Source: Candidatus Poribacteria bacterium (GTDB taxonomy: Bacteria > Poribacteria > WGA-4E > PCPOR2b). Taken from it: a stretch of DNA of 64,000 nt. Where the stretch lies: NCBI GenBank assembly GCA_965198175.1, contig OZ240245.1:96001-160000 (forward strand), written 5' to 3'. The translations under genes and the position numbers were made by a program. The notes beneath the pieces were generated by a model, which made no database searches, was not told the DNA's origin, and saw only the letters and a program-made list of their open reading frames with translations. Positions 9,733-20,900 of the stretch are shown here, piece by piece (positions within the stretch are counted from its first letter, which is position 1; every line of letters begins with the position of its first letter).

Positions 9733-11595
9733 ATGTCCAACAACGACACTGAACATACCCAGGAGTTTGAATATAAGGCTGAGATGAAACAACTCCTTCA
9801 TCTCATTGTACACTCGCTCTACACGCATCCCGAAGTTTTTCTTCGCGAGCTGATTTCCAATGCGTCCGACGCTTTGAACAAAGTTCGTTTCCAACAACTG
9901 ACAGATCGCAATATTTTGAACCCTGATGTTCCGCTGCGGATTAACATTGCCCTTGACTCGAAGCAACAGACATTTTCCATCACGGATTCGGGCATCGGTA
10001 TGACAAAAGCTGACCTGATTGACAGAATCGGCACCGTAGCAAGCTCAGGAACGCTAGAGTTTTTTCAGAGATTAAAGACTGAGAACAAGCCGTTCGATGG
10101 CAATCTGATAGGTCAGTTCGGTATCGGTTTTTATTCGGTGTTCATGGCAACTGATAAAGTGACGATTCAGACTCGCCATGCCGATTCAGACTCAAACGGA
10201 TACCAGTGGGAGTCGACCGGCGAGGGAAAATTCACGATTGAGGAAATCCCCCTCGAAGAGAGAGGCACGAAGATTTTCTTTAAACTGAAGGACGACGCTA
10301 AGGATTTCAGCGAAGACTATCGAGTTAAGGAGGTCATCAAGAGATACTCCAACTTTGCGGACTTTCCGATCTTTGTCGGCGGCGAGGAAGTGAATACAAT
10401 TAGTGCCTTATGGCATAAGAACAAGAATGAGATAACAGACGAAGAGCGAGACGAGTTTTATAAGTTTATTTCCAACGATTACAATCCGCCGCTTGGTCAT
10501 CTGCACCTGTCAATTGAAGGACGAGTGAGTTTTAAAGCTTTAATTTTTATACCTGACACCGCGCCGATTAACTTTTTGAGAGTGGAAGATTTGAGGTCGC
10601 TGCACCTGTATTCCACCAGAATCTTTATCCAGGATGATTGTAAAGAACTGCTTCCTGAATACCTGCATTTTGTTTCGGGGGTGGTGGATACCGAAGATTT
10701 ACCCCTAAATGTATCCCGCGAGGTGACACAGTCCAGCCCAGTCATGGCGAAAATTAGGGAGGTGTTAACAGGCAGAATTCTTTCGCTGTTAGAAGACTGG
10801 ACGAAAAATGAACCGGAAAAATATGAGAAGTTTTTTGGGAACTTTGGGCTGCTCTTTAAGACAGGAGTCGGTTCGGATTTCACCAACAGAGACCGACTGA
10901 TTGACCTTTTACGATTTGAGACCTCCAAGGCCGAAAAAGGGAAGTTCACTTCTTTAAAGGAATATGTCGCCAGTATGCCAGAGGATCAGACGGAGATTTA
11001 TTACCTCTCAGGCGACAACAGAGAAGCAGTTGAACGAAACCCAAGTTTAGAATATTTCAGAAAAAATGACATTGAAGTACTGTTTTTCGTCGATGCTGCC
11101 GATATCTTCAACATTCCTCATCTTCACGAGTATGACGGTAAGCCGCTGAAGAGCATCGAAAACGCGGATATCGATCTCAAGCCGGACGAGGAGAGCCTTA
11201 GCGATACTCTATCCGATGATGATATAAAATCGCTGATTTCTTTTTTCAAAGAAACGCTTGGTGATAAGGTGGAGGATGTGATTACCTCCAAAAGGCTGGT
11301 TGATTCGGCTGTAACCCTGGTTGTTGGCGCAAGCGGCATGGACAGGCAGATGGAACGGATGATGAAAATGATGGGTGGGCAGTTTGACGAATCCAAGAAA
11401 ATCTTGGAGATTAACCCTGCTCATCCGTTGATTAAAAATTTGGCGCAGCTTCACCGGAGCAAAAGCGACGAGGCAATTCTTAAAAGCTGCACCTTACAAC
11501 TTTATGAAGGAGCGTTGTTAACTGATGGAAATATGGAAACTCCGACTGACTTTGTCGCCCGGATGACGGATATTATGGAACAGGCAACGCGATGA
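9733..11595 (+). CDS. htpG: Molecular chaperone HtpG (Hsp90)
   Basis: HSLY..EVFLRELISNASDA, DSGIGMT, IGQFGIGFYSVF, DLPLNVSRE, LEINPAHPLI. Confidence 0.97.
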   Translation: MSNNDTEHTQEFEYKAEMKQLLHLIVHSLYTHPEVFLRELISNASDALNKVRFQQLTDRNILNPDVPLRINIALDSKQQTFSITDSGIGMTKADLIDRIGTVASSGTLEFFQRLKTENKPFDGNLIGQFGIGFYSVFMATDKVTIQTRHADSDSNGYQWESTGEGKFTIEEIPLEERGTKIFFKLKDDAKDFSEDYRVKEVIKRYSNFADFPIFVGGEEVNTISALWHKNKNEITDEERDEFYKFISNDYNPPLGHLHLSIEGRVSFKALIFIPDTAPINFLRVEDLRSLHLYSTRIFIQDDCKELLPEYLHFVSGVVDTEDLPLNVSREVTQSSPVMAKIREVLTGRILSLLEDWTKNEPEKYEKFFGNFGLLFKTGVGSDFTNRDRLIDLLRFETSKAEKGKFTSLKEYVASMPEDQTEIYYLSGDNREAVERNPSLEYFRKNDIEVLFFVDAADIFNIPHLHEYDGKPLKSIENADIDLKPDEESLSDTLSDDDIKSLISFFKETLGDKVEDVITSKRLVDSAVTLVVGASGMDRQMERMMKMMGGQFDESKKILEINPAHPLIKNLAQLHRSKSDEAILKSCTLQLYEGALLTDGNMETPTDFVARMTDIMEQATR

Positions 11596-11999
11596 TTCCG
11601 AATCCTTCGTAGTCGAATAGACAGCAGTCTGTGCAGGACTCGGCGAAGGTGACATGCCATACCGCTTTTGGTCGGATGCATCACATCGAGATGTCTCTAT
11701 TAGGTTTACGATTTTTGATCGATTGTCCTAATGGGATTCACATGCATGCCAATTATTTACGCGAAAATAACGATGCAACATTGAAAAGAGTTGGTACGGA
11801 ACTGGCGCTATCTTCCTTTTACGAATAGGGATGAAGGTGCTTCCCTGTATACGCCACATATATTAAACCGGAGGTAGTCTGCTTTACGTCGTGGATGGCT
11901 AGTCGTGTCCACACACGAGGCGTTTATGTTGTGTTTCGTTCACATGAAAATCCTATGGCTCGAAGCATCTGTGGTGAATTGTCTAAAGCGAGCATTGCC

Positions 12000-14900
12000 A
12001 TGTCTGAACAGAAAAGGAAAAAAATAGCTTGTATTGTATGCCTCTTGTGGCTTGCACTTCTACCGTCATCAACGGTCTTCGCTCAGAACGAAGACGGCGA
12101 AGACAAAGCCATCGAACGCTACAAGCAGATGCTTGAGCGCAAGCCGAAAGCGGGAAGCACATTCGACCGCTTGTACCAATTCTACCTCGAAGGCGCCGGC
12201 TTGGACAACATGGTCGCCGATTATCAGACAGCAGCACTAGCCAACCCGAACAACCCAAACCTTCAGTTGATTCTAGGGCACATCTACAAACGGCTCGGTA
12301 AGGATAACGAGACCGTCGCAGCGTATCAGCGCGCTGTTGAACTCGCCCCGAACAACTACTATCCTCACTTTGCACTTGGACAGGCGTATGCCACGCTTCG
12401 CCAGTACGAGAACGCAATTGCCGCATTGACACAGGCAGTTGAATACGCAACAGAATCGAAGTCTGCCACGCTCGATGACCTGACCGCGCTCTATAAAACC
12501 CTCGGACGCGCATATTTCAGCAGAGACCGTGTGGACGACGCTATTTTGGCGTGGGCAAAAATCTCCGAACTTGAACCGGACAACATCTTCGCTCGCATCG
12601 AACTCGCTGACCTGTTCCGTGAGCAAGAACTATACGCCCAAGCCATCGAACAGCATGAGGTGATTATTCAACTCAAAACAGATGACCCCTACCGTGTGTG
12701 TCTGAGTCGTCGGGAAATTGGGAAGATTCAGGAAGAGAAGGGAGATCATGCAGGCGCCATCCAAAGTTACGACGCTGCACTCGCGTTGACGGGACAGGGC
12801 AATTGGCTGCGGAAAGACCTTCAGCGCCGTGTGATTGAAATCTACGCCGTCGCTGGAGATTGGGATGGACTGATTGGATACTATCAGAAAAAACTGGCGG
12901 ATACCCCGAACGACCCGGAATTGACGAGCTTATTGGCAGACGCATACCTTGAAAATGAGCAGGTAGATGAAGGCATAGCGCAATATCGAAAAAGCGTCGA
13001 ACTTGCCCCGACATCTGCGCCGCTTCGGCAGAAGCTCATAGCTGCCCTGCGCCGCGCCGAAAAGTTTGCAGAAGCCGCCGCCGAATACGAAACGCTCACC
13101 GTTCAGTTGCCGGATGATTTTGGGATTTACCGGTCACTTGGCGCGCTTTATCTCCAACTTGAACAACCTGCTCGTGCGCGTATCGTTTATGAACGGATGC
13201 TTGCCCGCGATCCCGAAAATGCCAGCACACACCTCACGCTCGCCGAAATTTACACAGAACACGAGTGGTCTGGTGAGGCAGTCGCTGCCTATGAAAAAGC
13301 GATTGCGCTTGCCCCAACGAATTTGGACTATATCGAATATCTCGGCGAATTTTACTTCCGTCGAGGCGATCGCGAGAAAGCACTTGAAACTTGGAATCGG
13401 CTTGTCGTGGGAGAGCGAGCTGCCGCTCAGAATTTTGAACGGCTTGCTCAACTACTCCATGCCAAAGATTTCCAAGTGGAGGCAGTCGCTGCCAGTCGTA
13501 AAGCTGTGGAACTTGCTCCAACTGAATATCGGTACAGAGAAATGTTAGGCAAGCAGTTGATGGAAGCCGAGAACTTCGATGCGGCGATAACCCAGTTTGC
13601 TGAGGCGGCAAAGTATGCCCCCAGCGACTTCTTCACAGAGCAGATGGCAGCACAACAGATTGAAGTTTATCGGCGACAGGGAGTTTTGGGCGACAAAATT
13701 GCCGAATTGGAAGCACAGCCGCAAAGTTTCAGCGGACAAAAGTTGCTTGCAAAGATGTATCTGAAATTGAGGAATACCACCGCTGCCATCGCGGCTCTGG
13801 AGAAGGCGTTATTGCTCAACCCTGACGACATTCCTGTCAATCGGTCACTTGCCGAGATTTACGCACAACTCAGACAGCATGAAAACGCCAAAGCAGTATA
13901 TGCCCGCCTCATCACCCTTGATAACAGCAACGCCCGCGAATACCATGCTAATCTGGCGCGTTTACTCTTAAATGTGATGGATTTCGATGCCGCTAAAGCG
14001 GCTGCCAAACAGGCGCTCGCGCATAGTCCACGCAATCCGGAAGGACACCAAATTCTTGCCGAAATCGCGCTGACGATGGGGGATTATCCGAGCGCGATTG
14101 AGAGTCTAAAGCAAGCGATTCGTCTCCGTCCGCAGGCAATAGAGATTCGTATGGAACTTGCAAAAGCCTATCAACTAGCAGACGATTTACGCCAAGCAGT
14201 TGAGCAGTATTGGCGGTGTTGGGAATTGAGCGATGACCTCGATAACAAACTCAGATTCATTAAGCCGCTGTCAGACACATACTATGTTATGGGACAGGAT
14301 CAGGAACTCACCGAAAGACTTCAGCAGATGTCAAAAGCAAATCCATCTGATATGACACTAGTGCTTGCATTGGCACGGCTGTATCGCATCAAAGGAGACC
14401 TTTCTGCTTCCAGAACACAGCTTGCCCGCGCGCTTGAACGGAACAGTGACAACAGCGAACTCCTGAGTCAATTAGTTGACATCAGCCTCAAGCTAGGAGA
14501 AATACAAGATGCCTTGACCTATCAACAGCAGCTCGTCGGGGTAGAGCCGGATGCGCACAATCAGCGACGCTTGGGCAAACTTCTATACGACCTCGGGCGT
14601 GAACAGGAGGCGGTGCAGGTGTGGACAAAACTGCTCCACGCAAAAAATCAACCATTAGAAGCAATGATGAAATTCGCGGAGTTGCTGATTCAATATAATC
14701 AACGTCCTTTGGCGTTCTCTACGCTTGACCGTATAGCGGAGCGTGCCCATAAGCCCCAATCTGTCTATCGACTCGGAGCTATCCTCGTTGAAATAGGAGA
14801 ATCAGAGCGTGCTCGCCGCTACTTTGAGCGCGTCCTGCAAATGCCCAGACCGCAATCACCCAAAAACGCCAGATTAACTTTGCAACCCTTCCCGTCGGTT

Positions 14901-17900
14901 CAATTCCTTTACCTTCACATCGTGCATATTGGCAACCGAATTGGACAGCAATTTCACGGTCATGGCGGACCAGGTCAAAGAATGTGGTTGCCGCAGAGTT
15001 TTGAAGATACACAAGTCGCTGCATTGGCACAGCTCATCCGGATGGCACGAGAGCATGATGAGTTGGAAAAATTCATCAGTGGTTTTGAAGCTGAGGCGGC
15101 AGCGAGTCCGAAAGACCTGCAACGGCTTGAGCGGCTGCTATATGTTTATATGCTGACGACTAACAAAAAAAAAGCAGTTGAGGTTGTCAACCGCTTGGCG
15201 ACGCTCTCGCCGTATGAACCTACGTATCGGAAAATGCAGTTTCAGTTCGTGATGTGGGATGGCAATCCCGACTACGAAACAGTTAAGGGATACCTGTCCC
15301 AAATCCCAGAAACCATTCCTCACGTGCGTCTCCAGTATACCGCACAGTTGGCGATGCGGTTCATCCAAATTCGTAAAACATCTGCCGCAGAGAAACTATT
15401 GGCACAATGCAAAAATGAGAAGCCGACTGACTTCACCACCGGAATAGAGTTAATCACTGCTTTCTCACGACTCGGAGACACCGAAACGGCGGAAAGGATG
15501 TTCTCGAATTTACCTTTGCTGTCGCCATTGCAAACCTCCGCACCTTTATCTGTCATGAATCGTCCTCAAATCTGGCGCCAATACACCAATGCACACCGAG
15601 CCCTTGCAGCAGCGCATATCGACAAAGGACAGACGAATAGGGCTATTGAGATAGTCTGGTCGCTATTCAAGCAGACACAGTCAAATGTCAACATGCCGCA
15701 TTGGATGGGTTCTTCGGCATACACCTCCTATCGTAACTATTCATCAGACCTCTTATTCCCTGCGCCGAATACCTACTTCGATCGCCATCGTTTTGAGTTG
15801 CTTCAGCGGCTATTCGGTTATCTGTGGTTGAAGGACCAACTCGATGCCCTGTATACCAAACTACAGATGGTGTTCGAACTTGGAACCGAACGGGAGCGCA
15901 TCCTCTCCGGACTGGCGCTGAGCTACTGCTATTGGTGGGAGGGCAGACGCGATGAATCGCAGCAACTGCTCAACACGCTGCAGGCAGAAAATAGCGGAGA
16001 TCTCACGCTGAAACGGCACATGCCCCTCGTTTTGATTCAGTCGGGGAAACAGGAGGCAGCGATTTCTCTACTAACGGAACTCGCTGAGGATGACCCGCGG
16101 AACCGCCAGCAATATAACAACCTCCGCTTTTTTCTTGCGGAGCGGAACGGAAATACGGCGCAACTCCGCGAGCTAGCCAAAGAGCTACTCAACTCACCGG
16201 CGAGCGTCCGTGAAATGATACAGTTTTCGCAGCAACTACATGAGATAGGGCTTACACAATACGCTATCGCTATCGCAAAAAAAGCAGCGGACCTTGCAAT
16301 TTGGCAAAACGACCTCAATTCCCTCAGTGAGCTAAGCCGGCGTCTCGAAACACTCGGTAGGGGACTCGATGCGACAATGCTCGCAAAGCACGTCGCGCGA
16401 TTCACGAAACTCACTGTCCGCCCCGGTCTAAGAAGACTTCCGCGAGGATACGTAACGCGTCTGACTCCAGAGGAGGCGCGTGAGCGTGAACCGCAGTTCG
16501 TTGAAGCTGTTGAAAGGCACCCGAATTCGTTCAAAGCGCTGGTAGAATTAGCGACGTTCTATGAAAACACAAACCAGAACAAAAAAGCCATACCGGTCCT
16601 CGCCAAAGCCGTTGATTTGCGCCCAAGAGATTCAAATCTCCGCAATCGCTATGCGGGGATGTTACAGCGTGACAAACAGTTGGACAAAGCAGTAGAACAG
16701 TATACTGTTTTGCTTAAAAATGATCTGGATTTTTTCCGCTATAGGAGCCATGGAAACGAGGCGCGTTCGCTTATAGAAATCTTCATGGAGGCTGGAAAAT
16801 TAAACGAACTCGTCGCCGTTGCAAGGGGGATGATTGACGCGTCTAGTGAAGGGTATGCAACCGAGTTTGTGCGAGCGGTAGCCTGGGAGTGTATGAATAA
16901 CAACGCTCCGAAAATTGCCGTTGAACTTTATGAAAAGTTGATTGCGGTGCGTCCAGGTATGCCGTATTTACGCCTCGGCCTCTCTCGCGCCTACGTCGCC
17001 GCGGGGGAACGCGACCGGGCGGTTGAGTGTATCCATAATGGATTAAATACAATTACCCAGCCCCAGTTGTCGACATACCATCCGCGTCTACTGCAGCGTC
17101 TCGTTTCAGAGCTGATTGAGTTGAACAGAGGGAGGGAAGCATACAATTCGTTTATCGCCGGATTAGAGGCGGAATTGGCATCAAAACCGGACAATCTGCC
17201 GTTGACTTGGCTCATTGCGTATATGTACATTAAGTCAAGACAGCTTGAGGCATCTGATTCACTTGTTGGAAAACTGTTTGGGAACAAACAGAACACTACC
17301 TATTCGGGCTTTGATTCAGAGTGGTTCACTACGCTTGCCGATGAGTACCGTCAAGCGGGAGACCACGACCGCCAAATGAAACTCCTTGAAGCAGTCGTTG
17401 AAAAATTAGAAGGTCAAACTTCCTTCTGGGATTTTGAGGGAGGTCGACTAGTTAACTCCCTCTACGAGATGTTAGGAGAAGCCTACGTCCAAAATAGTGA
17501 AAAGGAAAAGGCGCGGCAACTCTTTCGCAAATTAGTACCTACACGTGTGGCACTATCTCGGTCGCACCGTGACGCTGAGAAGCAAAGCATCGCGCAGCTT
17601 TACATGCAACTTGAGATGTGGGACGACGCGGAAGCACTATTCACCGAGATTGCTAACAACGTCTTTGCGGATGTACATCGGAAAGAGCGCGCACAAAAGG
17701 AATTGACAAAAATTAGAAAGGAGCGGGGTGATTTGCCGGTATCGCAGCAACCTGTAGTGGAGGTCCAGGTAATGGACATCAGATTTCAACGCGAAAAAGC
17801 AGAACGGTATACGCGGACGGGCGAGCTTGAAAAAGCGGTGGAGATTTACAAGCAACTTATCGCAAGAATGCCCGAAGACCACAGATCAGTCGCTGCGCTA

Positions 17901-20900
17901 GCCAAGCTCTACTCCATACAAAATAGACACGATGAAGCTATCTCCACATGGCGGTCGTTGCTTGAAGTCGATCCGGAAAACACGCAGTACCGGTCTGGGC
18001 TTGCAGAGACCTATCGAGTCGCTGGTATGTTCACTGAAGCACTCGAAATCATACAGAAATTGATCGCGGAGAATCCATCGACTGCTTTTTACTCACAGTT
18101 AGCCCTAGTTTATATGGTGGCCAATCGCCACGACGATGCGGTTGCAGCATACCGAAAAGCGATTGAACTTTCCCCTAACGACTGGGGAGTGTATAAAGAT
18201 TTGGGGAAACTTTACGCTGACACGGGCGACCTTAATGCCGCCGAAAAGACCTACAAAACAGCATTGCGGTTGACGAGGAACTACGACCGTGGGCGACGCA
18301 TCATAAACAGACAACTGGCGGAAGTCTACCTCCAGCAGAGTGAGCTAGAGGTGGCACTCAAGAAGATGGAAGCAGTAGGAATACTTACTTTTGAAACGTT
18401 GAACGAGATAGCGCAGAAGTACCATAATCAAGGTGACTTGGAGGAAGCCGACGTGGTATACAACAAGGCATTCAGGCTGACCACTGACAAGGGTTCTCAT
18501 ATCCGAATCGCCGAGAGTCTGACTCATATTTACCGACAGCAAGGTAGGTTAGAAGAGATTCTTAAGAGGGCGGAAGAAGGGGATACATCCAATGCTGATA
18601 TAAACATTGAACTGCAGAAAGTATTGGCAAAGGAGTATAAGGAGGCGGGGGAAATCGAAAAAGCGATTGAGATTTCCACGCAGATAATCGCCGGCAACCC
18701 CGATGATTACGAATTTCGGGTCGCGTTTGCGAACTTCTGTACCAGGCAGAGGCTGTACGATGAGGCGATTGCCGTTTTGCACGCTCTGATTGAAAGCGCC
18801 CCGAAAAACACAGAGTATCAATATATGCTGGTGAATGCCTACGCAGACTCCAGCAGCTTCTCGGAAGCAATTGCGCTTGCACAGGAATTGTGTGTTGAAG
18901 ATCCGTCCAGATACCGTTATGTACAGTTGGCGCGCGTCTACACGCGGAGCAACCGCATTGACGATGCGATTGAAGCGTATAAAGAAGCAATCAGAGTTGA
19001 AATTCCGGACGAATCGAGTATATATCAAGATGCACATCGGGAATTAGGTAATCTTTATATAAAAAAAGGCGACTTTGACGCTGCTGAAAAAGTTGTTAAA
19101 GTGCTTGGTGAGGACAACCGACTATTGATAGAAATTTACCGGCATTTAGGCAAGTGGGAAGAGGTACTCAAGCAGGCGGAAGCGGACGGAAAACTCAATA
19201 CAGTGATATTAGAGGAACTCGCGGAGAAGCACCTTAGACAAGGGAAATTGGAGCAAGCCGCCGCCGCATATAAGAAAGCACTAAGAATGACGAAAAATCA
19301 AGACGCGGAGTATCGCAATATTGGTGATCGGCTAATTCAAATATACCGAAAGGAGAGCAATTGGGGGGAGGCAATTGCGAGAGCGGAAGCAGAAGGTATC
19401 CTGACTACCAACATGTTACAGCAACAGGCGCGGGCATACGGGAAAGAAGGAAAGCTGGAGGACGCACTCACCGCATACAAAAAGGCTATTGATATAGCTT
19501 CTGAAATAACGGAGAAGAACTCATTTATTAATGAAATGATTGGTCTAAACATCCAGCTCGCCGATCTTGATGCTGCAATTGAACTGTACGCAACCTTATT
19601 ACCGCGCTTCGGCTCAAGATCGCCCAATCACACACAATCCCGTATCGAAGTTGATTACCCCGAAGACAACACGCGCAAGCTGCTAATCACGGCACATAAA
19701 CAGCAGGGTAAACTCCGGCACCTCGCGAGCTATTTTCAGGGTAGATTCAAGAACGAGCCTGAAAATCCGTCTATAATCGAGATACTCGCGGAAATCTACA
19801 ACCACCAGAATGAGTATGAAAAGGCGGCGAAGAAGTTCCAGCAACTCAGCAAGTTGAAGGATTCACCGCTTCGCACGTTCTACCTTGCCGCCGCCGCATT
19901 TAACAGAAGTGGTCAGGCCGATCGTGCAAAAGACATGCTTCAGCAAGGGGCTGCTGAATTTTCACCTTATCGTAATGAATATCGTTCTCGTTCTGTGGAT
20001 GCTCGGTTTTTTGGTACAATAGCCACAATTTGCATTGATGGAGGACTCTATGATACCGCTATAACATTCGCAGAGGATGCTGTCACACTGGCACGCAAGA
20101 GCGGAGATGAACGGGGGCTTAAGTTCATTTACCCTATACTCGGAAAAGCCTTTATCAATACGGAGGCTTACGAAGAGGCTGCCAAGGTCTATCGGCAGTG
20201 GCGAAATATTGATAAAAACCGAGCGGATGCGGCGTCGCAGATGTTATACCAGAAAAATGAGAACCTATTTGAAGAGCTAGTCGCGAAACAGATCGAAGCG
20301 GTTGAAGCCAATCCTGACGATACGGACGCCTATTATACCCTCGCACAAACTTACGAATCAAACGGCAAGCACGATGAGGCAATCGCGGTTTATGAAAAAC
20401 TCAGCCAGCTCCAACCCGATAACGTGGAATGGTTCAAGACGCTCGGAAACCTCTACCAGCAGGGGCGTGAGACAGCGGAATCGGTTATAGGTAGTGCGTT
20501 TCGCCTAAACGGTGATGGCAGTTTCCTCGAACTCAATGACAGCGCTGCCCTGAACGCTAGCCATACGCAACTTACCGTCGAGGTATGGATTAAACCGACA
20601 AAAATGAAATATGCTGCTATTCTCTACAAGGGCGGCAAGCAGACACCAAACTTCCTCAATCGCAGTTTCGCCCTTTGGTTTACTTACAATGGCATCACAT
20701 TCAGTGTTTCCGCAGACGGCTGGCAGGAGATTCGCTTATCGTCGCCTACCGGTGCAATTTCGCTTGATAGATGGCATCACATCGCAGGCGTACTGAACAC
20801 TCAGACAGGTTCGATGAAACTCTACATTAATGGCATGGCAGTCGCCAGCCGGAGCTTTCCGAAGAAGCCTGTGTATAAGAGCCGACTCCCACTCCGCGTC

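Noticed and set aside
15165..15173. A9 tract as a phase-variation switch
   Set aside because: It is in frame, encodes Lys-Lys-type codons, and there is no evidence of length variation.
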